64,000 nucleotides of DNA from Escherichia coli. GTDB taxonomy: Bacteria; Pseudomonadota; Gammaproteobacteria; Enterobacterales; Enterobacteriaceae. This document shows positions 11,193 to 21,227 of this stretch, one piece after another. Under the pieces are notes generated by a model. That model was not told the DNA's origin and did no database searches. It saw only the letters and a program-made list of their open reading frames with translations. Position numbers and translations under genes: made by a program. The first letter of the stretch is position 1, and each line of letters begins with the position of its first letter. Location of the stretch: the NCBI RefSeq assembly GCF_003334405.1, contig NZ_QOWM01000007.1; one strand, written 5' to 3'.

Positions 11193-11201
11193 GGAACGGC
11201 A

Positions 11202-13520
11202 ATGAAAATTAGCGATGGAAACTGGTTGATTCAACCTGGCCTCAATTTGATTCACCCGCTTCAGGTGTTCGAGGTTGAACAGCAGGGTAATGAAATGGTG
11301 GTCTATGCTGCCCCCCGTGATGTGCGTGAACGTACCTGGCAGCTTGATACGCCTTTATTTACGCTGCGCTTTTTCTCCCCACAGGAAGGTATTGTCGGTG
11401 TACGGATTGAGCATTTTCAGGGGGCGCTGAATAACGGTCCTCATTACCCACTCAATATTTTGCAGGACGTGAAGGTCACAATCGAAAACACAGAGCGTTA
11501 TGCTGAGTTTAAAAGTGGCAACTTAAGTGCGCGTGTCAGCAAAGGTGAGTTCTGGTCACTGGATTTTCTGCGCAACGGCGAACGTATTACCGGTAGTCAG
11601 GTGAAAAATAATGGCTACGTGCAGGACACGAATAATCAACGAAATTATATGTTTGAGCGGCTGGATCTTGGCGTTGGCGAAACAGTTTATGGTCTGGGAG
11701 AGCGCTTCACTGCCCTGGTGCGCAATGGTCAAACGGTAGAGACCTGGAACCGGGACGGCGGCACAAGTACTGAACAGGCGTATAAAAATATCCCGTTCTA
11801 CATGACTAACCGTGGTTATGGGGTACTGGTCAATCATCCCCAATGCGTCTCTTTTGAAGTGGGATCGGAGAAAGTCTCCAAAGTGCAGTTCAGCGTTGAG
11901 AGTGAATATCTCGAATACTTTGTTATCGACGGTCCGACGCCGAAAGCGGTACTTGATCGTTATACCCGCTTTACTGGTCGTCCGGCGCTGCCGCCCGCGT
12001 GGTCCTTCGGTCTGTGGCTAACCACTTCATTTACCACCAACTACGACGAGGCGACAGTAAACAGCTTTATCGATGGTATGGCGGAACGCAATCTGCCACT
12101 GCATGTTTTCCACTTTGACTGTTTCTGGATGAAAGCCTTCCAGTGGTGCGATTTTGAGTGGGACCCGCTGACTTTCCCGGACCCGGAAGGGATGATCCGC
12201 CGCCTGAAAGCGAAAGGGCTGAAAATCTGCGTCTGGATTAACCCCTATATCGGGCAAAAATCCCCCGTCTTTAAAGAGTTACAAGAGAAAGGCTATTTAC
12301 TCAAACGCCCGGACGGTTCGCTGTGGCAGTGGGATAAATGGCAGCCAGGTCTGGCGATTTATGACTTTACCAATCCGGATGCCTGCACATGGTACGCCGA
12401 CAAACTGAAAGGTCTGGTCGCGATGGGCGTTGATTGCTTTAAGACCGACTTTGGCGAACGTATCCCAACCGATGTTCAGTGGTTTGACGGTTCCGATCCG
12501 CAGAAAATGCATAACCATTATGCGTACATCTACAACGAACTGGTGTGGAACGTGCTCAAGGACACCGTTGGTGAGGAAGAAGCCGTCTTGTTTGCCCGCT
12601 CGGCCTCCGTTGGTGCGCAGAAATTCCCGGTACACTGGGGTGGTGACTGTTACGCTAACTACGAATCAATGGCGGAAAGCCTGCGCGGTGGTTTGTCTAT
12701 TGGCCTTTCAGGTTTTGGCTTCTGGAGCCACGATATCGGCGGCTTTGAAAATACCGCTCCGGCACACGTTTACAAACGCTGGTGCGCGTTTGGTTTGCTC
12801 TCCAGCCATAGCCGTTTACATGGCAGCAAATCTTATCGTGTGCCGTGGGCCTACGATGATGAGTCCTGTGATGTGGTGCGCTTCTTCACGCAACTGAAAT
12901 GCCGCATGATGCCGTATCTGTATCGTGAAGCTGCGCGTGCAAACACGCGGGGTACGCCGATGATGCGGGCCATGATGATGGAGTTCCCGGACGATCCGGC
13001 TTGTGATTACCTTGACCGTCAATACATGTTAGGCGACAACGTGATGGTTGCGCCGGTGTTCACTGAAGCGGGCGATGTGCAGTTCTACCTGCCGGAAGGT
13101 CGCTGGACACACCTGTGGCACAACGATGAACTCGACGGTAGTCGCTGGCATAAACAGCAGCACAGCTTCCTGAGTCTGCCCGTTTATGTGCGTGATAACA
13201 CTCTACTGGCGCTGGGCAACAACGATCAACGTCCCGATTACGCGTGGCACGAAGGCACGGCATTCCACCTCTTTAATCAGCAAGACGGGCATGAAGCCGT
13301 CTGTGAAGTGCCCGCTGCTGACGGTTCGGTGATCTTTACTCTAAAAGCAACACGTACTGGTAACACGATTACTGTGATTGGTGCGGGCGAGGCGAGGAAC
13401 TGGACACTGTGCTTGCGCAATGTTGTGAAAGTAAATGGTCTGCAAGGCGGTTCGCAGGCTGAAAGTGAGCAGGGGCTGGTGGTGAAGCCTCAAGGGAATG
13501 CGCTGACAATTACGTTGTAA
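11202..13520 (+). CDS. yicI: alpha-xylosidase (GH31)
   Basis: 772-aa ORF matching E. coli YicI; GH31 catalytic region (WIDMNE-like KTDFGERIP context). Confidence 0.92.
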   Translation: MKISDGNWLIQPGLNLIHPLQVFEVEQQGNEMVVYAAPRDVRERTWQLDTPLFTLRFFSPQEGIVGVRIEHFQGALNNGPHYPLNILQDVKVTIENTERYAEFKSGNLSARVSKGEFWSLDFLRNGERITGSQVKNNGYVQDTNNQRNYMFERLDLGVGETVYGLGERFTALVRNGQTVETWNRDGGTSTEQAYKNIPFYMTNRGYGVLVNHPQCVSFEVGSEKVSKVQFSVESEYLEYFVIDGPTPKAVLDRYTRFTGRPALPPAWSFGLWLTTSFTTNYDEATVNSFIDGMAERNLPLHVFHFDCFWMKAFQWCDFEWDPLTFPDPEGMIRRLKAKGLKICVWINPYIGQKSPVFKELQEKGYLLKRPDGSLWQWDKWQPGLAIYDFTNPDACTWYADKLKGLVAMGVDCFKTDFGERIPTDVQWFDGSDPQKMHNHYAYIYNELVWNVLKDTVGEEEAVLFARSASVGAQKFPVHWGGDCYANYESMAESLRGGLSIGLSGFGFWSHDIGGFENTAPAHVYKRWCAFGLLSSHSRLHGSKSYRVPWAYDDESCDVVRFFTQLKCRMMPYLYREAARANTRGTPMMRAMMMEFPDDPACDYLDRQYMLGDNVMVAPVFTEAGDVQFYLPEGRWTHLWHNDELDGSRWHKQQHSFLSLPVYVRDNTLLALGNNDQRPDYAWHEGTAFHLFNQQDGHEAVCEVPAADGSVIFTLKATRTGNTITVIGAGEARNWTLCLRNVVKVNGLQGGSQAESEQGLVVKPQGNALTITL

Positions 13521-13536
13521 TCTATTGATGGAATGC

Positions 13537-13559
13537 CGGGTACGTCTGAGTCGTACCCG
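13537..13559. terminator. stem-loop between convergent yicI and yicH (probable bidirectional terminator)
   Basis: Inverted repeat cgggtacg-tctgagt-cgtacccg seen directly between the two stop codons. Confidence 0.5.
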
Positions 13560-13572
13560 ACGAGATTGATGT

Positions 13573-15282
13573 TTACTGCACCGGCTCCGTCGATGTAACT
13601 TCACCGCTGGAAACGACGCCCGCATTCATGGTTTGAGTCACTTGCTGCTTTGCGGCGTTCACGGCATGCAATTGCCCGCTAACCGTAGGTTTCAGCGGGG
13701 CATTGGCCTGAATATCTCCACTGGCGGTAAGCTGAATATTGCCGTCGCCAGTCAACGGTAATTCAGGCCATCCCCATTGTTGCAAAATATTCACCGGCAC
13801 ACCGCGTCCATTCAGGCTGATATGGGTCTGACGTTGTGGCGTTTGTGAAACACTGGCGGTGGCTTCCAGAATGCCTTTTTCAGTAAATGCACTCAGTTCG
13901 CTGATATTCACCGTGCTGCTGTTGGCGGTCAGCGCCAGCGACGGGCGACGAACATCAACACGATTGAATGTCGCGGCGGCGGCATTCAGATTCGCCGAGC
14001 CACTCCAGACGCCCCATTTATGATCGGTAACCAGCGTCAGGTTGGCACCGTAACCATCGAGCGTGGTGAGCTGCCACGGGAAGTCAGGGTCGATATCAAT
14101 GATCAGATTGCGGCTGGCGCTAAATCTCTTCAGTTGCAGGCTGTTTAACCAACCGGGTGTCGTTTCCATCCACAACTGTTGCCAGTTTTTCGGCAAGGTA
14201 TATTCCAGCCCGGCAATTGCCGCATCATCAAGGATCAACGTTTTCCCGTCACGCAGCCAGTTCCCTGACGTTCTGACCATACCCCCTTCCCAGCGGCTGG
14301 TGAACTGGCGCAGCGCTACGCCCTGCGGGGAAAATTCCGCGTTTATAATCGGGTCAAATAAATGCAGCGAACCATAAATGAACTCGCTAGCGTTCATCGA
14401 CAGTTTGCCTTCTTGTGTCTGCCAGTCATCTTTACTGAAGGTCATGTTGCGCAAGCTGAGATCGAGGTCGGTCACCGCCCAGTCCGGACCTTGCAAACGA
14501 GCATCGATCACTTCCAGGCGACCAATCTGCAACGACGGGACAGAGCGTAATGGCGCAAAGAAGTCGGTTAGCGATTTTTCGCTTTGTAGACGGATATCCG
14601 CCATGCGCAGGTTTTCCACTTGCCAGCTGCCGTCGGCGTTACGCTGCGCGTTTCCGGTTAATGTCCCGCGCGCGATGTCGGCACCCAGGTTAGTCAGCGT
14701 AACGCGATCGTTATCAATACTGCCTTCAATCAGTACATTGGTGGCAGGAACATCATTGAGCGAAAGCGATCCGGCACTAAACTGAATCTGCGCCTTCGTA
14801 CCCAGCACTTTACCGGCTTCTGGTGACCACGGAACCACGCCGCCATTTACCCGCTGCGCGCTCAGTTTCCATTCGCTATTCGGGCTATTAAACGCCATAT
14901 CACGCAGTTGCAGACGATCGGCTTTGAACGGTAGCGGCGCGGTCTGGTCGGTGAGATTCAGCGTCCCGTTTTCCAGCAGGATGGTATCGACATGGCGTGG
15001 TTCGGTCAGTTGCCGACTACTTAGCGCAATGTCGACACTTTTGGCCACCAGGGTCGCGGGCTGGCCATCACGACCAAACGTGACATTCTCCAGCACGATA
15101 TGAGATGGCGCGGAAAAACGGTGATCCATCGCCCCGAAGGCCAGATGATAGTCGCTATTCTCGGAAACCCATGCGCTGATATGTTCTGCTCCCCAGCGGG
15201 TTTGCAGAAGAAAATAGAGGCCAGCGATCACCACTAACAGAGCGATGAGAATGTAGAGAAGCAGCTTCCCAATAAATTTCAT
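13573..15282 (-). CDS. yicH: AsmA-family outer-membrane assembly protein YicH
   Basis: ORF 13573..15306; recalled protein starts MKFIGKLLLY (569 aa), i.e. the ATG at 15282; N-terminal TM anchor. Confidence 0.85.
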   Translation of the reverse strand: MKFIGKLLLYILIALLVVIAGLYFLLQTRWGAEHISAWVSENSDYHLAFGAMDHRFSAPSHIVLENVTFGRDGQPATLVAKSVDIALSSRQLTEPRHVDTILLENGTLNLTDQTAPLPFKADRLQLRDMAFNSPNSEWKLSAQRVNGGVVPWSPEAGKVLGTKAQIQFSAGSLSLNDVPATNVLIEGSIDNDRVTLTNLGADIARGTLTGNAQRNADGSWQVENLRMADIRLQSEKSLTDFFAPLRSVPSLQIGRLEVIDARLQGPDWAVTDLDLSLRNMTFSKDDWQTQEGKLSMNASEFIYGSLHLFDPIINAEFSPQGVALRQFTSRWEGGMVRTSGNWLRDGKTLILDDAAIAGLEYTLPKNWQQLWMETTPGWLNSLQLKRFSASRNLIIDIDPDFPWQLTTLDGYGANLTLVTDHKWGVWSGSANLNAAAATFNRVDVRRPSLALTANSSTVNISELSAFTEKGILEATASVSQTPQRQTHISLNGRGVPVNILQQWGWPELPLTGDGNIQLTASGDIQANAPLKPTVSGQLHAVNAAKQQVTQTMNAGVVSSGEVTSTEPVQ

Positions 15283-15402
15283 GGTCTTCCATCCCGTGAA
15301 ATGCACATAAGGGAGTTATGCACGATTTACGCGCAATCCTCAAGGCGGGAATGGTGAAAGAGGTGAGACTGCGGCGGTAATTATCTTACCGCCGCCAGTG
15401 AA

Positions 15403-16794
15403 TTACTGTTTTTCTGGTGGGAAAATCAGATTCAGCACGATGGCAGTAATACCGCCCGCGGCGATCCCGGAGGAGAGCAGGTTTTTCAGCCATTCAGGGG
15501 CAAACTGCAAAATCAGCGGCTGCTGAGACACGCCCAGACCAACCGCCAGCGACAGCGCGATAATCAGAATCGCCCGACGGTTCAGCGGCTCACGAGAAAC
15601 GATACGCACACCGGAGGCGGCGATGGTGCCAAACATTACAAGCGTTGCGCCGCCCAGAACCGGTTCTGGAATGTGTTGTACAAAACCGCTCACTGCCGGG
15701 AACAGACCCAGCACGATCAACATCAGCGCGACGACAAAACCGACATAGCGGCTGGCAACACCAGTCAACTGGATCACTCCGTTGTTTTGCCCGAAGCAGG
15801 AGTTCGGGAAGGTGTTAAACACCGCCGAAACAAACGAGTTCAGGCCGTTTGCCAGCACGCCACCTTTCAGGCGTTTCATGTACAGCGGACCGGACACTGG
15901 CTGTTCGGAAACGTCAGAGGTCGCCGTGATATCGCCAATGGTTTCCAGCGAAGTGATCATAAAGACCAGCATCAGCGGCAGCAGCAGACTCCATTCAATG
16001 CCAAGACCGTAATAGAGCGGCGTTGGCACCATAATCAGTTCTTGCGTCATCGGTTCGTTGCTTTCTGGCAACATGCCCATAAACCACGCCAGCGCATATC
16101 CGGCCGCCATCGCAATCACCAGTGAGGCCACGCGTAAGTAAGGGTTACGTTGACGGTTAAGCAGGATAATTAAGGCTAAGACCACGCCTGCCAGCAGCAG
16201 ATTTTTCGGTGCGCCGAAGGTGTTATCGCTCATGGCTGCGTAACCGCCGCCAATGGACGTTAACCCAACCTGAATTAGCGACAGGCCGATAATCATCACC
16301 ACAACGCCAGAAACCAGCGGCGTAATAATGCGGCGCGCCAGATGCAGAACGCGGGAGATCACCATCTCGGTGCAACTTGCCAGCATCAACGTGCCGAACA
16401 AAGCCGCCATCATGGTAGGAACATCAGCACCACCGGTTTTCAGCGCGGTACCGCCCATAATCAGCGGGGCAACAAAGTTGAAGCTGGTGCCCTGAATAGA
16501 CAACAGCCCGGAGCCAACCGGACCCCAGGCCTTAATTTGAATAATCGATGCCACACCGGAGGCAAACAGCGACATACTAATAATGTGTTGCGTGTCTTGT
16601 GCCGGTAAACCCAGCGCCTGGCAGATTAATAGCGCTGGCGTGATCACCGCAACGAACATCGCCAGCAGATGCTGACAGGCGGCAAACAGGGTTTGAGGAA
16701 GCGGCGGACGATCTTCAAGACGGTAAATCAGTTCGCTGTTTTGAGTCTGCGCAACCGGTTGCGCATTTTCTGACTCGAGGGTGGAAACAGACAT
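15403..16794 (-). CDS. xanP: xanthine permease (NCS2 family)
   Basis: 463-aa product starting [12 protein letters not shown]; multi-TM nucleobase transporter. Confidence 0.9.
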
Positions 16795-16989
16795 CGAAAA
16801 CAATCCCGTGGTAGCAAAGCGGGCATTTTAGCTGACCGAAAGAGAAAAGCAAACGTTTGCCACATCCTCATCTAAATATTTAAATGAGATAAATGCACTT
16901 TTTTATATAACTTTTGGTATTTTTCTGCTTAAAATCCATGCCATTTGTTCATTAACAGCTGAGAATTTGACCCAGGAAAGCATAACTCG

Positions 16990-17042
16990 ATACCCGTCAT
17001 AGTTCATGAAGTTGCCACTGCGCGATGAAGTATGACGAGTAT
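16990..17042. repeat. short imperfect palindrome related to ERIC/IRU termini
   Basis: atacccgtcatagttcatgaag ... cgatgaagtatgacgagtat: the two arms are inverted complements (17 of 20) and share the [16 protein letters not shown] motif with the element at 43725..43848. Confidence 0.4.
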
Positions 17043-17073
17043 GAAAGAGTGATGCGGATACAAAGGAGTAACT

Positions 17074-18279
17074 ATGTTTCATCTCGATACTTTAGCAACG
17101 CTTGTTGCCGCAACGCTGACGTTGCTGCTCGGGCGTAAGTTGGTCCATTCCGTCTCCTTTTTGAAGAAATACACCATACCGGAACCTGTTGCGGGTGGTT
17201 TGTTGGTGGCGCTGGCGCTACTAGTACTGAAAAAAAGCATGGGCTGGGAAGTCAACTTTGATATGTCCCTGCGCGATCCGTTAATGCTGGCTTTCTTCGC
17301 CACCATTGGCCTGAACGCCAACATTGCCAGTTTGCGTGCCGGTGGGCGTGTGGTTGGCATCTTCTTGATTGTGGTTGTTGGTCTGTTGGTGATGCAAAAT
17401 GCCATTGGCATTGGTATGGCTAGCCTGTTAGGGCTTGATCCGCTGATGGGGCTGTTGGCCGGTTCTATTACGCTTTCCGGCGGTCACGGTACGGGCGCTG
17501 CGTGGAGTAAATTGTTCATTGAACGTTATGGCTTCACCAATGCGACGGAAGTGGCGATGGCCTGTGCAACGTTCGGTCTGGTGCTGGGCGGCTTGATTGG
17601 CGGTCCGGTGGCGCGCTATCTGGTGAAACACTCCACCACGCCGAACGGTATTCCGGATGACCAGGAAGTCCCGACGGCGTTTGAAAAGCCGGATGTGGGC
17701 CGCATGATCACCTCGTTGGTGCTGATTGAAACTATCGCGCTGATTGCTATCTGCCTGACGGTGGGGAAAATTGTTGCGCAACTTTTGGCTGGCACTGCTT
17801 TTGAACTGCCGACCTTCGTCTGTGTACTGTTTGTTGGCGTGATTCTGAGCAACGGTCTGTCAATAATGGGCTTTTACCGCGTCTTTGAGCGTGCGGTATC
17901 CGTGCTGGGTAACGTAAGCTTGTCGTTGTTCCTGGCGATGGCGTTGATGGGGCTGAAACTGTGGGAGCTGGCTTCGCTGGCGCTGCCGATGCTGGCGATT
18001 CTGGTGGTACAGACCATCTTCATGGCGTTGTATGCCATCTTCGTTACCTGGCGCATGATGGGCAAAAACTACGATGCGGCAGTGCTGGCTGCGGGTCACT
18101 GTGGTTTTGGCCTCGGTGCAACGCCAACGGCAATCGCCAACATGCAGGCGATCACTGAACGCTTTGGCCCGTCGCACATGGCGTTTTTGGTGGTGCCGAT
18201 GGTCGGTGCGTTCTTTATCGATATCGTCAATGCGCTGGTAATTAAGTTGTATTTGATGTTGCCGATTTTTGCCGGTTAA
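17074..18279 (+). CDS. gltS: sodium/glutamate symporter
   Basis: 401-aa ORF matching E. coli GltS. Confidence 0.93.
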   Translation: MFHLDTLATLVAATLTLLLGRKLVHSVSFLKKYTIPEPVAGGLLVALALLVLKKSMGWEVNFDMSLRDPLMLAFFATIGLNANIASLRAGGRVVGIFLIVVVGLLVMQNAIGIGMASLLGLDPLMGLLAGSITLSGGHGTGAAWSKLFIERYGFTNATEVAMACATFGLVLGGLIGGPVARYLVKHSTTPNGIPDDQEVPTAFEKPDVGRMITSLVLIETIALIAICLTVGKIVAQLLAGTAFELPTFVCVLFVGVILSNGLSIMGFYRVFERAVSVLGNVSLSLFLAMALMGLKLWELASLALPMLAILVVQTIFMALYAIFVTWRMMGKNYDAAVLAAGHCGFGLGATPTAIANMQAITERFGPSHMAFLVVPMVGAFFIDIVNALVIKLYLMLPIFAG

Positions 18280-18319
18280 CCGATGAAGCGGCGGTAGAAG
18301 TGCCGCCGCAACAAAGACA

Positions 18320-18402
18320 AATGCCTGATACGCTTCGCTTATCAAGCCTGCGTATTGATTCATAATTTATTGAATTTGTAGGGTGAATCGCATCCGGCAG
18401 GA
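18320..18402. repeat. REP (repetitive extragenic palindromic) elements
   Basis: tgcctgatacgcttcgcttatcaagcctgcg and gtagggtgaatcgcatccggcagg resemble the REP consensus (GCCTGATGCG...TTATCAGGCCTAC / GCATCCGGCA); lies between gltS and recG. Confidence 0.55.
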
Positions 18403-18444
18403 AGGTAGGGTAACCTGAAATGGCGGTCTTCTCACTGCCGCCTT

Positions 18445-20526
18445 TTACGCATTCGAGTAACGTTCTGTCTCCGGCATCCAGCGTTCTATCAAGGCTTTTG
18501 CCTGTTGTGGGTAACGTTCGTGAATATGTCGCGCCAGGCGCTGAACTTCCGGGATCATCGCCTGATCGCGCAGTAAATCCGCCACTTTAAATTCAGCATT
18601 ACCCGTCTGACGCGTGCCTAACAATTCGCCAGGGCCGCGAATCTCCAGATCTTTTTGCGCAATCACAAAACCGTCGTTACTGTCGCGCAGCACTTGCAGG
18701 CGAATTTGCGCCGTTTTAGAAAGCGGCGTTTTGTAGAGCAGCACGCAGTGAGAAGCCACCGCGCCACGACCTACGCGCCCGCGCAGCTGGTGTAACTGCG
18801 CCAGACCCAGACGCTCAGGGTTTTCGATAATCATCAGGCTGGCGTTAGGCACATCAACACCGACTTCAATAACGGTAGTGGCAACCAGCAGATGTAGCTC
18901 ACCTTGTTTAAACGACGCCATCACCGCCTGTTTCTCGGCTGGTTTCATCCGCCCGTGTACCAGGCCAACATTCAATTCTGGTAGCGCCAGTTTCAACTCT
19001 TCCCAGGTAGCTTCCGCCGCCTGCGCTTCCAGTAACTCTGACTCTTCAATCAACGTACAAACCCAGTACGCCTGACGACCTTCAGTTATGCAGGCGTGGC
19101 GCACGCGGTCAATGATGTCGGTACGGCGGGTATCAGGAATAGCGACCGTAGTCACTGGCGTGCGGCCTGGCGGCAGCTCATCTATCACCGAGGTATCGAG
19201 ATCGGCATACGCCGTCATTGCCAGCGTGCGGGGGATCGGCGTGGCGGTCATGATCAACTGATGCGGATGGAAGCCCTGCTGCTGGCCTTTCTCCCACAAT
19301 GCCAGACGCTGATGCACGCCAAAACGATGCTGTTCGTCGATAATCACCAGCGCCAGGCCGTTAAACTGCACCTGTTCCTGGAAGATGGCGTGTGTACCGA
19401 CAATCATCTGCACCTGACCGCTGGCGATGGCTTCCTGCTGAGACAGTCGCGCTTTGCCTTTCTGCTTACCGGCGAGCCAGCCCACTTTGATACCGAGCGG
19501 TGCAAACCAGTTGCGGAAGTTATTGGCGTGCTGCTCGGCGAGTAATTCGGTTGGTGCCATCAGTGCCACCTGTTTGCCGTGGGCAATCGCACGCAGCGCG
19601 GCGAGGGCGGCGACCAGCGTTTTACCGGAACCTACATCGCCCTGTACCAGGCGCATCATCGGCACATCCAGCGCCATATCATGCTCGATCTCCGCCACTA
19701 CGCGTGCCTGTGCGCCCGTTGGCTTGAACGGTAAGGCGGCGAGGAGTTTATTTTTCAGCGTGTCATTGGCGCTCAGCGGCTGGGCATGAAAACGCTGTGC
19801 TCCGGCACGTAAGGCTAACATGCTGAGGTTGTGCGCCAGCAGTTCTTCCAGAATCAGACGACGTTGCGCCGGATGCTGCCCGGTTTCCAGATCGCTAAGC
19901 TGTAGCGTCGGTGGCGGGCGGTGCAAAGTGCGCAACGCTTCCGGTAGCGTCATCATTCCTTGTGACAGTTCCGGCGGCAGGAGTTCTTCAATGGCGCAGG
20001 TGTCGAGCAGATCCAGCGCCTGGTCGGTTAATTTACGCAGCGTGGCCTGCTTTACGCCTTCCGTTGTTGGATAAACCGGCGTGAGCGTTTCCTGTAATTC
20101 TGGCGTGCTGAGATCGCCCTGCACGCGGTATTCCGGGTGGATCATCTCCGCACCATATTTACCGCGCTTTGCTTCGCCATAAGCCAGTACACGGCGGCCC
20201 GTCGCCAGGCTATTTTTCATTGCCGCGCTGAAATTGAAAAAGCGCATGGTGAGGATGCCGGAACCGTCGCTGATCTGGCAGGTCATCATCCGCCGACCGC
20301 CGAAGGAGATATTGCAGTTCAGCACTTCGCCTTCCACCGTGGCATAAACGCCCGGCAGTAGTTCTCCGATGGGGTAGAGATGGGTGCGATCTTCGTAGCG
20401 CAGGGGAAGGTGTAAGAGTAAATCCTGCACGGTATGCAGGTTGATTTTCGCCAGTTTGTTACTAAGCGCTGCGCCAACGCCCGTTAGGGAACTGAGCGGG
20501 ACAGTATCTAACAGGCGGCCTTTCAT
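18445..20526 (-). CDS. recG: ATP-dependent DNA helicase RecG
   Basis: 693-aa product (start MKGRLLDTVPLSSL); helicase motifs GDVGSGKT, DEQHRFG. Confidence 0.95.
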   Translation of the reverse strand: MKGRLLDTVPLSSLTGVGAALSNKLAKINLHTVQDLLLHLPLRYEDRTHLYPIGELLPGVYATVEGEVLNCNISFGGRRMMTCQISDGSGILTMRFFNFSAAMKNSLATGRRVLAYGEAKRGKYGAEMIHPEYRVQGDLSTPELQETLTPVYPTTEGVKQATLRKLTDQALDLLDTCAIEELLPPELSQGMMTLPEALRTLHRPPPTLQLSDLETGQHPAQRRLILEELLAHNLSMLALRAGAQRFHAQPLSANDTLKNKLLAALPFKPTGAQARVVAEIEHDMALDVPMMRLVQGDVGSGKTLVAALAALRAIAHGKQVALMAPTELLAEQHANNFRNWFAPLGIKVGWLAGKQKGKARLSQQEAIASGQVQMIVGTHAIFQEQVQFNGLALVIIDEQHRFGVHQRLALWEKGQQQGFHPHQLIMTATPIPRTLAMTAYADLDTSVIDELPPGRTPVTTVAIPDTRRTDIIDRVRHACITEGRQAYWVCTLIEESELLEAQAAEATWEELKLALPELNVGLVHGRMKPAEKQAVMASFKQGELHLLVATTVIEVGVDVPNASLMIIENPERLGLAQLHQLRGRVGRGAVASHCVLLYKTPLSKTAQIRLQVLRDSNDGFVIAQKDLEIRGPGELLGTRQTGNAEFKVADLLRDQAMIPEVQRLARHIHERYPQQAKALIERWMPETERYSNA

Positions 20527-20531
20527 GGCGC

Positions 20532-21221
20532 TTACCCTGCGGCCTGCATGGTGGACCACCAGTCAGCATCAGCTTCGATCTCGCCTTGCTGATTGACGTG
20601 GGGGTAAGGCAGGCCTTTGCGTTTTGCGACTTTCGCCAGCACCGGATAGCCGCCTTCAAACAACAGGCGTTGTTGCTCTGCTTCCGGCAACATGCTGTTT
20701 TCACGCAGGTACATGCCTGCATTTTGCCGCTGACGCTGGGCTTCGTAAAGAATGAGGGCTGAGGCAACGGAAACATTCAGCGACTGCACCATGCCGATCA
20801 TCGGAATGATGATGTCCTGATCCGCCAGGGCCAATGCTTCCTGCGTGATGCCCGTTTTCTCCTGTCCCATCAAAATGCAGGTCGGGCGAGTGTAATCAAT
20901 TTCGCGGAAATCGACAGCATTATCAGAAAGATGGGTTGCCAGAATCTGCATGCCCTGGCCTTTCAGATGAGCGACGGCATCGCCAATGGTGCGGTGTGTT
21001 TTCACCTGTACCCAGCTGTTACTACCCGCCGCTGCCGAAGCCATGGTGCGCATCCGGCTACCAGGCCAGACGGCGTGAACTTCATGTACGCCAACGGCAT
21101 CTGCGGTACGAATAATCGCAGAAACGTTATGAGGTTTGTGGACCTGCTCCATGCAGACGGTCAGGTCAGGCTGCCGCCTGGCGAGCATTTCGCAGATGCG
21201 TGCATAACGTGTTGGGTTCAT
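20532..21221 (-). CDS. trmH: tRNA (guanosine18-2'-O)-methyltransferase
   Basis: 229-aa SPOUT-family ORF matching TrmH/SpoU; last gene of the spoT operon. Confidence 0.92.
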   Translation of the reverse strand: MNPTRYARICEMLARRQPDLTVCMEQVHKPHNVSAIIRTADAVGVHEVHAVWPGSRMRTMASAAAGSNSWVQVKTHRTIGDAVAHLKGQGMQILATHLSDNAVDFREIDYTRPTCILMGQEKTGITQEALALADQDIIIPMIGMVQSLNVSVASALILYEAQRQRQNAGMYLRENSMLPEAEQQRLLFEGGYPVLAKVAKRKGLPYPHVNQQGEIEADADWWSTMQAAG

Positions 21222-21227
21222 AAAACA

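Noticed and set aside
18288-18309. Hairpin gcggcgg-N7-ccgccgc just after gltS as an intrinsic terminator
   Set aside because: There is no U-tract after the stem and it sits beside REP elements, so I could not support a terminator call over a REP-associated structure.
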